Positions 8,533 to 17,820 of a stretch of DNA of 64,000 bases are shown piece by piece. Every line of letters begins with the position of its first letter. Within the stretch, counting starts at the first letter, position 1. Under the pieces are notes generated by a model. That model did no database searches. It was given only the letters and a program-made list of their open reading frames with translations, and was not told the origin of the DNA. Both the position numbers and the translations under genes were made by a program. The DNA is taken from NCBI GenBank assembly GCA_015069415.1, contig SVIQ01000001.1:158709-222708 (forward strand). Reading direction: 5' to 3'. Source of the stretch: Clostridiales bacterium. GTDB lineage: Bacteria > Bacillota > Clostridia > Christensenellales > UBA1242.

Positions 8533-9156
8533 TTAAAATATCTTTATTCTATTAGAAAATTCGCAACCACAATAATCTTGTCTGTAAAGACCAAATTCTT
8601 TAGAGTTTTGGATACTTTTTAGGTATCCATTTTCTTTTTTAAAATCAGCAAATAAATACTTTACACCAAACTTTTCTTCTAATTCTTTTCCTAAGTTGTT
8701 TATGAATTCGGCATTTTTATAAGGACTTACAGAAAGAGATGTTGTAACATAATCATATCCATTATCCAATGCAAATTGAAAAGATTTTTCAATTCTTAGT
8801 CTAATACATTTTTCACAACGTGAACCGCCTTCTTTCTCTTGTTCTAACCCTATTGCTTTTTCTAAAAATTCATTATGATTATATTTTTCTTTAACAATTT
8901 TATTTTGATTAAACTTTTCGAATTCATGGTATCTAACTTCATATTCTTCTTCTGGATAGGTGTTTGGATTGTAGTAATAAAGAGTTAAATCAAAATCCTT
9001 TAATCTCTCAAAAACTCCAGAGTAACAAGGAGCACAACAAACATGCAAAAGAAGTTTAGGCTTTCCTTCTAAACTGTCTATGATTTCGTTAAACATTTTG
9101 TTGTAATCTTTTTTCATTGAATTAATTATACAATAAAATTTAATATTTGTAAACAT
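8533..9156 (-). CDS. queH: Epoxyqueuosine reductase QueH (DUF208 family)
   Basis: It has the LLLHVCCAPCYSGV cysteine motif, GGSRCEKC, and a C-terminal YRQDYCGCEFS. An alternative start is the ATG at 9117 (MKKDYNKMF...). Confidence 0.8.
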   Translation of the reverse strand: MFTNIKFYCIINSMKKDYNKMFNEIIDSLEGKPKLLLHVCCAPCYSGVFERLKDFDLTLYYYNPNTYPEEEYEVRYHEFEKFNQNKIVKEKYNHNEFLEKAIGLEQEKEGGSRCEKCIRLRIEKSFQFALDNGYDYVTTSLSVSPYKNAEFINNLGKELEEKFGVKYLFADFKKENGYLKSIQNSKEFGLYRQDYCGCEFSNRIKIF

Positions 9157-9248
9157 GTATTTAAATAAATATTTTTTGTAAAAAATTTATAAAATTCTAG
9201 TTATTTTATTGTTATCATTAAAAAATTACAGAAAAATCTGCAACTTTT

Positions 9249-9431
9249 TTATTTAACAATAACTTTAACGAATGTTTTTTTGCCTTTTTTCACAACAAAT
9301 TCTTTTTTACCATTTAAATCAATTGAATCTGAAATGTTACATATCTTTTCGCCGTCAATAGATATTCCGCCTTGTTCAATTAATCTTCTTGCTTCGCTTT
9401 TTGAACTGATAATAGAAACTTTTGATAACAT
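9249..9431 (-). pseudogene. Isolated S4 RNA-binding domain ORF resembling the C-terminus of tyrosyl-tRNA synthetase (probable gene remnant)
   Basis: The 60-aa ORF reads SKSEARRLIEQGGISIDGEKICN...VVKKGKKTFVKVIVK. An in-frame TAA directly precedes the ATG, there is no SD, and no catalytic domain lies upstream. Confidence 0.5.
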
Positions 9432-9539
9432 TTAAGACGATTAGTTATTTGCAGTTATCAAAAATTTTACTTTTACTAATTTAAAATGTTGATTTTTTCC
9501 CATCAAATTTGCTATAATAATACAAAGACAGTAGTTTTT

Positions 9540-10015
9540 ATGGATTATAATATTACACCAGGCATCTACAAACACTTTAAATGTGGATTTTCTTTAGTAT
9601 TATGTACCGCTCAACATTTTGAAAGTGGAGAAAAATTTGTTGTTTACAAGGGTTTAAATAACGGCAAGTTTTACGCAAGACCAGTGTCTTCTTTTATTGA
9701 AAAAGTAGAAACTGAAAACGGAACAGTTCCGCGATTTGAAAAAGGAATTGAAAGTGAGTATATTCATTTAATTGAAAACGAAATTGACCCCCCCCCCAAG
9801 ATCAAGATGTAAAACGTGGTATTTACAAACATTTTGAAGGTAATTATTATACTGTTTTATGCGTCGCAAAACATTCTGACCTTGAAGAATTTTTAGTTAT
9901 ATACCAACTTTTAAACGGTGGAACAATGTACGCAAAAGAAAAAGACATGTTTTTAGAAACTGTCACCAATTCAGATGGCAAAACAACTCAAAGATTTTCT
10001 TTTATTAACAGATAA
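9540..10015 (+). pseudogene. Tandem DUF1653-domain gene interrupted by a frameshift at a poly-C tract
   Basis: Domain 1 (GIYKHFKCGFSLVLCTAQHFESGEKFVVYKGL...) ends at the TAA at 9810..9812. Domain 2 (PPPQDQDVKRGIYKHFEGNYYTVLCVAKHSDLEEFLVIYQLL...RFSFINR*) reads in another frame from the C-tract to the stop at 10013..10015. An extended -10 TGCTATAAT lies at about 9510..9518. Confidence 0.65.
9788..9797 (+). repeat. Homopolymeric C10 tract
   Basis: Ten consecutive C residues counted in the sequence, in an otherwise AT-rich context. Confidence 0.95.
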
Positions 10016-10025
10016 TCACACGAAT

Positions 10026-10051
10026 AAAAAACAGCAGTCCTGCTGTTTTTT
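10026..10051 (+). terminator. Rho-independent terminator after the DUF1653 gene
   Basis: aaaaacagca-gtcc-tgctgtttttt. Confidence 0.65.
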
Positions 10052-10199
10052 ATTTCAAAAGCTCTTAATCCTATTTTTACATTAAAATCTTTTTATTAAG
10101 ATTATATTAAGTTACATATATTCTAGCATCTATTTTACTAAACAGTAAACAAATTATTTATTAAACTTTTTAAATATAAAATTTGATACTTGACTTCAT

Positions 10200-11240
10200 T
10201 TATACTGTCTCGTCATAACCAATATTGTAACTATCTATTAATCTTTCATACATTTCTTTCAAACCATACTTTGGTGACCATCCCAACTTCATAAGTTTTG
10301 ATGTATCTAACTTTATTACACTTGGAGCCATATATTTACTATTATCACCTTCTTGAATAAGAACATCTATACTTCCATTTGCAATATTTGCGCAAACAAA
10401 TTTTGCCATTTCATATATACTCATATGTGTGTTTTCATTGGCGATATTATAACATTCGCCAGCCTCACCCTTAACCGATATTATTAAAATAGCATTTATA
10501 GCATCAGTAGTATAACAATAATCCCTGGCAGATTCCCCTTTTGTTGATAAAATAATATTATTGTTTTCAATTACAGATCTAGCTATTAAATTAAATATTT
10601 TCGGATTATCATAAGAGATTCCTGGTCCGAAAGTCTGTGTTAGTCTTGCTGTTGTAACATTTAAATTATACTGTTCCGCATAGCATCGCACTAAATTTTC
10701 TACCATTCTCTTACTTTCTGGATAACAATTTCTAATACTACTTAAATCAATATATCCCAATTCCTGTTCACCGAGTCTTCTTTTAGCATCGATAGTTCCG
10801 TACACTTCCATTGAAGATAAATATACTACTGATTTTGCATTATGTTTAACAGCAAAATCAAATACATTTTTAGATCCGTTAACCGATATGTCAATAACAC
10901 CTACAGGATTAGAAATCATTGTACTAGAAGTTGTAATTGCAGCCGCATGATAAATAATATCAACATCCTCCGAAATGTCAATTTCGTCCCTTATGTCGCC
11001 TTGAACAACTATTATTCCATCTAAATACATGTCAGAAAAAACCAAATTCGCTTTTTCTTTTGTTCTAACCAATGCATAAATTTTGTTGTTCAATTTAAAA
11101 TTTTGATTTGCACAAACAAATCCTTTCACCATTAACGAACCTATTAACCCAGTAGCTCCCGTAATTAATATCTTTTTATTTTTTATTTCTAAATTTTTAA
11201 TATATCTTGCTATTTCTAAAATATCTTCATCGATAATCAT
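10200..11240 (-). CDS. Extended SDR (NAD-dependent epimerase/dehydratase/reductase family); candidate pentose-phosphate reductase partner of the cytidylyltransferase
   Basis: Rossmann motif ILITGATGLIGSLMV and catalytic YPESK (YxxxK). It starts 11 nt after the upstream cytidylyltransferase gene. Confidence 0.75.
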   Translation of the reverse strand: MIIDEDILEIARYIKNLEIKNKKILITGATGLIGSLMVKGFVCANQNFKLNNKIYALVRTKEKANLVFSDMYLDGIIVVQGDIRDEIDISEDVDIIYHAAAITTSSTMISNPVGVIDISVNGSKNVFDFAVKHNAKSVVYLSSMEVYGTIDAKRRLGEQELGYIDLSSIRNCYPESKRMVENLVRCYAEQYNLNVTTARLTQTFGPGISYDNPKIFNLIARSVIENNNIILSTKGESARDYCYTTDAINAILIISVKGEAGECYNIANENTHMSIYEMAKFVCANIANGSIDVLIQEGDNSKYMAPSVIKLDTSKLMKLGWSPKYGLKEMYERLIDSYNIGYDETV

Positions 11241-11251
11241 TTTTAACTCCT

Positions 11252-11959
11252 TTAATCTTGAAAATTTTCGGAATCTATAATTCCTGTTGCCGCATAAAAA
11301 TCTATTGCTGTTGTAACTTTAATATTTTCAGCTAATCCATCTACTAAATTTAGTTTATCACCATAATAAAACGCAAGACTTGCTGAATCAATTATTTCAG
11401 TTTTGTCATCCTTGATTGATCGCAAATATAAATCGTAAATTCGGTTTAATTTAAATGTTTGAGGAGCTCTTGCTAGTGTACAAAATTCTCTATCGATAAT
11501 TTGCAATTCTCCTTTACTATACATTATTGTTTCTGTAGCCTTTGCTGTAGTAATAGCATTACCATGTAATGTTGCAACTCTAATATTGTCATCAATTAGT
11601 TTATTGTTTATAAAAGGCCTTACCCCATCATGAAGTAAAACAATATCATCATCCGAACTTTTTGTATCATATAAATATTGTAGACCTATCATTCTAGAAT
11701 CAAAACCTGTAGCTCCGCCTGGCAATATTTTTGATATTTTTCTAAGTTTAAAACTTTTAATCATCTCTTCTAAAACAGGAATCCAAGATTCAATACATAC
11801 AACAACTATATCATTAATATTGTTGTTATTCTCAAACTTTTCTAATGTATGTATAATAATAGGCTTTCCCTTTATTTCCAAAAATTGTTTAGGTGTTGAA
11901 CCATTTATTTTCATTCTTTCACCTTTGCCACCGGCAAATATTAAAGCTCTATTCATCAT
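11252..11959 (-). CDS. IspD/TarI-family cytidylyltransferase (candidate ribitol-5-phosphate cytidylyltransferase)
   Basis: N-terminal ALIFAGGKGERM nucleotide-binding loop, 235 aa, typical IspD/TarI length and layout. Confidence 0.75.
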   Translation of the reverse strand: MMNRALIFAGGKGERMKINGSTPKQFLEIKGKPIIIHTLEKFENNNNINDIVVVCIESWIPVLEEMIKSFKLRKISKILPGGATGFDSRMIGLQYLYDTKSSDDDIVLLHDGVRPFINNKLIDDNIRVATLHGNAITTAKATETIMYSKGELQIIDREFCTLARAPQTFKLNRIYDLYLRSIKDDKTEIIDSASLAFYYGDKLNLVDGLAENIKVTTAIDFYAATGIIDSENFQD

Positions 11960-12072
11960 TAACCCTCCAATCTTTAAAACAAAAACTAATTCATAAATAT
12001 TTTTAAACTACAACAGTTTAACAAAAATTCAATCAAAAATCAATCAAAATTGTTATTTTATCACATTTTTAT

Positions 12073-12924
12073 TTGACTTTATTAAACATGAATAATATAA
12101 TGATTATTATGAGAGAGATAACAGAAACAAAAGAAATACAATCAATTTTACTAAATATTTTAAAGTATGTAGATAAAGTTTGTAAAGAAAACAACATTAA
12201 TTATTCACTTGCTGGTGGAACTCTTCTAGGCGCAGTAAGACATAAAGGTTTTATTCCTTGGGATGATGATATTGACATTATGATGCTAAGACCAGATTAT
12301 GAAAGATTCTTAGAAATAATGGATAAAGATCACAATAATCAATTCAAATGTTTGCATTATGGCGAAAACTTCCCTAATTATTTTTATAGATTTGCCAAAG
12401 TTGTTGACCTTACAACAGCTGTTCAAGAAGGTGAGTATATTACAAACGAAGATATGGGTCTTTATGTTGATATTTTCCCATTTGATGGTTTAGATATTAA
12501 AAAATCTAAGAAATCAATAAATAAAGCACTATTCTATAGCAGAATGATAAATATATCTGCTACTAAAAAATTTGTTAGAGAAAAAACAGACGGCACTGGT
12601 AAACACATTTTGAAATTATTAACGGCTCCTTTTGCAAAACTATTTGGTTGGAAATTCTGGTTAAAGAAACATGAAAAATTAGCAAAAAAAATAAGTGTGA
12701 ATGACATCGATAATGTTGTATGCTACTCTGGTTGCTATAGAGAGAAAGATATTGTTCCACGAGAAATTTTTAACGACTATGTATTGTTAGATTTTGAAGA
12801 TGTTAAACTTCCTTCTATTGCAAACTACGATTATTACCTAACAAGTCTATATGGAGATTATATGACTCCACCACCACCAGAAAAAAGGGTTGCTAAACAC
12901 GATTTAAAAATATACAAAAAATAG
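12073..12924 (+). CDS. licD: LicD-family phosphotransferase
   Basis: LAGGTLLGAVRHKGFIPWDDDIDIMM signature. The tracked start is TTG; the ATGs at 12088 or 12109 are alternative starts. Confidence 0.8.
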   Translation: MTLLNMNNIMIIMREITETKEIQSILLNILKYVDKVCKENNINYSLAGGTLLGAVRHKGFIPWDDDIDIMMLRPDYERFLEIMDKDHNNQFKCLHYGENFPNYFYRFAKVVDLTTAVQEGEYITNEDMGLYVDIFPFDGLDIKKSKKSINKALFYSRMINISATKKFVREKTDGTGKHILKLLTAPFAKLFGWKFWLKKHEKLAKKISVNDIDNVVCYSGCYREKDIVPREIFNDYVLLDFEDVKLPSIANYDYYLTSLYGDYMTPPPPEKRVAKHDLKIYKK

Positions 12925-12944
12925 AGCATTCGCTCTATTTTTTT
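12916..12944. terminator. Bidirectional terminator between licD and the flippase gene
   Basis: An A-run, atagagc-attc-gctctat, then a T-run. Confidence 0.65.
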
Positions 12945-12946
12945 AC

Positions 12947-14227
12947 TTATTGTTGCACATTTAAAGAACTTGAATCTTCAGCATTAGGTTTAACAAATTT
13001 ATGCTTATTTTTATATACTATTGTCATTCGTATCAAACAAAGTGCAATTTCGGTCACACTTCGTACAACCGCTAATGCTATTAAATTGAAACAACCAATT
13101 AAAGCTATAAATCCTAATCCCACGACTTGAACAACCGCACTTACTATTGTAGATATAGATGTTGCTTTTTGCTTTTCAATCGCTCCCAAACAAGGCCAAC
13201 CATATAGCATTGCCGGAAAACCTGCTATCATCACAGGAATCAACCATTTTAATAGAGTCGAAGACATTAAATACTGTTCTTTAAACACAAGAGTTACAGC
13301 CCAATCTCCTAAAACTATAATCAATCCACATCCTACAAAAATTAAAGGCATATACAATAGCATTATTTTGTGAATCAGTTTCAAATCTTTATTTTTTACC
13401 ATTGTAGGGAACACGCTATTTATTATAGGGTTATACAAAGCTTGTACAGCGCAAACTAATTGTATTGCTACGTTCCAATATGCAACATCTGATTTTGTCA
13501 AAGCCAATCCAATCAATAAAGTATTTAAGAGAGAAAATGCAGTAGTTGCAAAATTTGAAATAAAATAAACAAATGAACTCTTTAAACTTAACCAAGCCTC
13601 TTTAATTCTAGATAAACCAAGGTCAATTTTAATACCAAATTTTTTAAGTTGAAATATTACCAAAACAATAGCAATTAATGAGGATACTATATCAAATATT
13701 GGAATTAGCAATATATCCGCATCACTTTTCACGAAAATTATTGTCAATATTAAAGCAATAACTTTCATAACTACAAATCGCACTGCAATTGAACCCATTT
13801 TTTCATATGCTTTAAAAACATATTCAAAAAGGAATATAGATAAAATTGCAGGTATTAACGACAACAACGAGTATATTTCGTAACCTTCTAAAATATCAAA
13901 GCAAAATGTACAAATTAACATCAAGATAGCAGACAGACCACATAGTAAAATTTGAGCATACAATGTATTTCCTATTGTCTTGTTTACTTCTCCTTTGTTT
14001 TTTATAACCGCAATTACATCTTTAGTTGCAGAAAGTAAAAATCCAAAATCAATTAAAATTTGCATATATGAAATTATACTTTTTACAAACGACACACTTC
14101 CATAACACTCTACAGTTAAAACTCGGGTTAAATAAGGCAATGAAATAAGAGGTATAACCAATTTGGCTATACTAAGCATATACATTGCAATTGTATTACT
14201 AATTAAGACTTTATTTTGATTTTTCAT
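12947..14227 (-). CDS. wzx: Wzx-type polysaccharide flippase (MOP superfamily)
   Basis: 426 aa and polytopic. The N-terminal pattern NTIAMYMLSIAKLVIPLISLPYLTRVLTVECYG is typical of polysaccharide biosynthesis flippases. Confidence 0.75.
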   Translation of the reverse strand: MKNQNKVLISNTIAMYMLSIAKLVIPLISLPYLTRVLTVECYGSVSFVKSIISYMQILIDFGFLLSATKDVIAVIKNKGEVNKTIGNTLYAQILLCGLSAILMLICTFCFDILEGYEIYSLLSLIPAILSIFLFEYVFKAYEKMGSIAVRFVVMKVIALILTIIFVKSDADILLIPIFDIVSSLIAIVLVIFQLKKFGIKIDLGLSRIKEAWLSLKSSFVYFISNFATTAFSLLNTLLIGLALTKSDVAYWNVAIQLVCAVQALYNPIINSVFPTMVKNKDLKLIHKIMLLYMPLIFVGCGLIIVLGDWAVTLVFKEQYLMSSTLLKWLIPVMIAGFPAMLYGWPCLGAIEKQKATSISTIVSAVVQVVGLGFIALIGCFNLIALAVVRSVTEIALCLIRMTIVYKNKHKFVKPNAEDSSSLNVQQ

Positions 14228-14301
14228 TTCCAGTTATGCCCTTTATTATATCATAAAATCTATTATAATAAAATTCACTATCATACATGTTCTCTAGATC
14301 T

Positions 14302-15270
14302 TTAATTAAACACTTTACAACAAAACATAAACAATCTTGACATTTTATTTTTTATTAAATAGAAAGCTATCTTCTCTGCTACACCGACAGATTTAGCCTG
14401 TTTTGCAGACGCAATCACTATCTCATTGTTTAAAAAGTTTTTTACTCTTTTTCTTTTCTCATCATTAGAAAACTTATTAGATTTCATCAAAGATTTTGTA
14501 ATTGAACACACATCTCTCAAAATCAATCTTCCAATTATTTTATTTGAATCAATTTTATTTTCTATAAAATATTCTTTTAAAATGTTAGATGTCTTTAACA
14601 TATCGTCGAATCTTTTGTCTGTGTATCTTTTGGTTAAAGATTCTTTATTTTCATAATAATAATTATAAGAAATATCGTTTGTTAGAACAATTTTTTGACA
14701 ACTTCTTAAATAATTAATATTAAATATTGCATCTTCACCGTTATGAATGTCTTCTGGGAAATAATGTTTAATCTTTTCTCTTAAATATAATTTATTACAA
14801 GAAGATGACATAAGTCCATAAAAATTATCTTGTGTGAAAAATCTATTAAATTTATTTTTTTCTAAAATTGCATTTTCGTTAAATCCTACAAACTTATTTT
14901 TAAATCCTTCAATTCTTATAGCAGATATAACTAGGTCTACACCTTTATTTTCAAATCCTTGAATCAATTTTTCTAAAAAATCTGAATCTATGGAATCATC
15001 TGAATCTATGAAGGAAACATATTGTCCTTCTGATACAGATAAACCTTTATTTCTTGCAGAAGAAGGACCTCCGTTTTCTTTATGAACAACTTTGATTCTT
15101 GAATCTTTTTTTGCAAATTCAAAACAAATATTTAAACTATTATCCTTAGAACCATCATCGACAAGTATTACCTCATAATCTTTATGAGTTTGAACAATAA
15201 CACTATTTAGACATCTTTCCAAAGTTTTTTCAGAATTATACACTGGAATTATTACACTTATCTTTTTCAT
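14302..15270 (-). CDS. Family 2 glycosyltransferase
   Basis: ISVIIPVYNSEKTLERCLNSVIVQTHKDYEVILVDDGSKDNS and a DSDD motif. Confidence 0.85.
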   Translation of the reverse strand: MKKISVIIPVYNSEKTLERCLNSVIVQTHKDYEVILVDDGSKDNSLNICFEFAKKDSRIKVVHKENGGPSSARNKGLSVSEGQYVSFIDSDDSIDSDFLEKLIQGFENKGVDLVISAIRIEGFKNKFVGFNENAILEKNKFNRFFTQDNFYGLMSSSCNKLYLREKIKHYFPEDIHNGEDAIFNINYLRSCQKIVLTNDISYNYYYENKESLTKRYTDKRFDDMLKTSNILKEYFIENKIDSNKIIGRLILRDVCSITKSLMKSNKFSNDEKRKRVKNFLNNEIVIASAKQAKSVGVAEKIAFYLIKNKMSRLFMFCCKVFN

Positions 15271-16489
15271 AATTTTTCCTTTTATAAAGTAATCTCAAAC
15301 TATTAATTATAATTGCAAGAATAAGAGATACTAAGCATATAACACTTATCCACCAGAGAACAGAAAATTCTTGAAAAGTTAAATAATATGAATATATACC
15401 GTTAGATTTTCTGACTTTCACAGATATAATGAAATAAATAGCCGCAAAGATATAGACCAACGCAGAATATAAATATACCAAATTTTGTTTGAAAAAATAC
15501 TTTATAGAATACGGTATTAAAACAATCAATGCCCAAAAGAAATATGCACCAAATCTGTTTACTAACATAAATGAACTGCTGAAAGTTGCAATAAATCGTA
15601 AGCATACACTAATATAAAATATTATCAAAAAAAAGTTAAAAATAGATTTCTCTTTTTTATCTTTAATATTTCTTTTTGTATACCATAAAAATACAAATAT
15701 AGCAATCATCCCTAACAAGTAACAAATGTTGTAAAAATCGGGAGTAGATATAAACATTTTGCTTTTGTAGTAAAATTCATAATAATCACGACCAGTAAAT
15801 TTAGAAACGATTTGAATTAAATAAGGCATTGCAAAAATTGAGAGTATACAACATATGAATGTTATTAAAACAAATTGCCAATTTATTTTAATATATTTAA
15901 TCAAAATAATAGGAAACAAAACAATAGCTGAATTGTGTGTTAAATACGCAAGACAACAAAATAAAACATATTTTAATTTTTTATTCGAATATGCACAATC
16001 TAATCCTAAAATGAAAAAACATAAAGCAATAAATTGTCTTAACCCGTTAAAACTCATCGCATATATGCCTAAACATACAAAAAGATAAATTGAAATATAC
16101 GGCATTACAGAATATTTTTTTAATATCTTAAAAAAAACAATACAAGTAAAAACGGAAACGATAATTAATAATGCTGGAAATGGAAGTTTTAAACACTTCA
16201 ATACAAAACATAATATCCAGAAAACAGGCTCTCGGGCATTTTTTATATTTTTGAAATCGCAATCAAATTCTTGATAAATTTTTAAATAAGTTTCAGTATC
16301 TGTCCCAACATTTTTACCTCTTAATGAAAAAACTAAAATAATTAAAAAAGCAATTAACAAAAAATTTATGTCTCTATTTTTTTTGTTAAAAGATTCGATA
16401 TTTAAAGTTCCAGTCTTAACCATATATAATTCTTTGCTACATAATGATGCAATCAAAATCACAATAGCTACTGCGATATATAAATACAT
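15236..16489 (-). CDS. EpsG-family polysaccharide polymerase-like membrane protein
   Basis: 417 aa and polytopic, with an N-terminal RGKNVGTDTETYLKIYQEF motif (EpsG-type G-x-D-x3-Y). It overlaps the GT2 start by 35 nt. Confidence 0.6.
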   Translation of the reverse strand: MYLYIAVAIVILIASLCSKELYMVKTGTLNIESFNKKNRDINFLLIAFLIILVFSLRGKNVGTDTETYLKIYQEFDCDFKNIKNAREPVFWILCFVLKCLKLPFPALLIIVSVFTCIVFFKILKKYSVMPYISIYLFVCLGIYAMSFNGLRQFIALCFFILGLDCAYSNKKLKYVLFCCLAYLTHNSAIVLFPIILIKYIKINWQFVLITFICCILSIFAMPYLIQIVSKFTGRDYYEFYYKSKMFISTPDFYNICYLLGMIAIFVFLWYTKRNIKDKKEKSIFNFFLIIFYISVCLRFIATFSSSFMLVNRFGAYFFWALIVLIPYSIKYFFKQNLVYLYSALVYIFAAIYFIISVKVRKSNGIYSYYLTFQEFSVLWWISVICLVSLILAIIINSLRLLYKRKNYEKDKCNNSSV

Positions 16490-16491
16490 TA

Positions 16492-17643
16492 CTAACTCAA
16501 TCCATTATCTTTATAAATTTCTCTTAATTGTTCATCGACTTTTGTTATTGTATAATTTTCACTTTCTTGTTTGTTGAATTCTCCAAATGAATTACTTAAG
16601 TTTTTATCTGCAAATATTTCAGATATTTTTTCAGCAAACATTTTGCTATCTGTAGCGTCTCCAACAAAACCACCTTTGCCATCTATAATAAGATCTCTGT
16701 TGCCCCTAACATTACTTACAACGCAAGGCAATCCATAACTCATTGCCTCAATTACAGACAATGTTAGACCTTCTTGGAAAGAGGCTAATAAAAACAAGTC
16801 GGAACAAGTTAAAATTCTGTTAATATCTTTTCTATATCCAAGAATCATTACTTCGTTTTCAATGTCTAGATTTTTAATTTGATCTTTAATTTCTTGCTCT
16901 AATTGTCCTCTACCACAAATTAGATATTTGACAGAAACTCCTTTATCTTTCAATGCCTTAATTGTCCTGAGCATTGTGTCATAATTTTTTCGTTTAATGA
17001 ACTCCGCAATAGAAACTATTACTTTTTCATCTTGTTTTATTCCTAAAGATTGTCTAATCTCTTCTTTTGTTTCAGTCAAAGATTCATATTTCCCAAACTT
17101 CATTCCAATGCCGTTAATCTTGTAGACTTTTTTTGCCTTCATTTTCTTAGCATTTTCGAAATCTTCTTCATTCATAGTAAGTAGAATGTCAGTATATTTA
17201 GAAAGCCATTTTTCAACATTCTTATATACAACTTTATTTACAAGGGAACAGCCTTTAAAGAAATGGAATCCGTGTGCTGTGTAAATGCAAGGGATTTTAA
17301 ATTTCTTAGCAATAAGTCTTCCCATCAAACCACCAACAGGCTGTTGGCAGTAAATTAAATCATATTTGTTTTGTTTATGTAATTTTTTAAGAGTGCTGTA
17401 TGCTTTAATATTTTTCAACAAATTAATAGGACTTCTAGCCATCGGCACTTCAATCATGTTTAATCCAAATTTGTCTTTTAGTTCGTCAAACCAAAATCCT
17501 GTTTTAGCACACACGCAATCAACCGTCGCACCTAATTCTTTTAATGTTTCAATATGTGGAATTAAAAATTGCCAAATCATGTTGTCAGTAGTACAAAGCA
17601 TCATAACTTTAGAATTTTTTAATTCTTTAAATTCTTTTTCCAT
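16492..17643 (-). CDS. GT-B glycosyltransferase (family 4 / group 1)
   Basis: C-terminal E-x7-E region SFQEGLTLSVIEAMSYGLPCVVSNVRGNRDLI. Confidence 0.85.
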   Translation of the reverse strand: MEKEFKELKNSKVMMLCTTDNMIWQFLIPHIETLKELGATVDCVCAKTGFWFDELKDKFGLNMIEVPMARSPINLLKNIKAYSTLKKLHKQNKYDLIYCQQPVGGLMGRLIAKKFKIPCIYTAHGFHFFKGCSLVNKVVYKNVEKWLSKYTDILLTMNEEDFENAKKMKAKKVYKINGIGMKFGKYESLTETKEEIRQSLGIKQDEKVIVSIAEFIKRKNYDTMLRTIKALKDKGVSVKYLICGRGQLEQEIKDQIKNLDIENEVMILGYRKDINRILTCSDLFLLASFQEGLTLSVIEAMSYGLPCVVSNVRGNRDLIIDGKGGFVGDATDSKMFAEKISEIFADKNLSNSFGEFNKQESENYTITKVDEQLREIYKDNGLS

Positions 17644-17820
17644 TTAACATACCTCTGTGTTTATAGTATAACCAAAATGGGAATTTAACACAAGTAAAAA
17701 TGCTGAATTTTTGATTTTTTTGTCGGTAATTTATTCCATTTTTTTCTTTTAACAATCCATATGCGAATTTTGGATAAATAAATCGAAAAGACTTTGACAA
17801 AATAGTAAAAATGTGTTATC

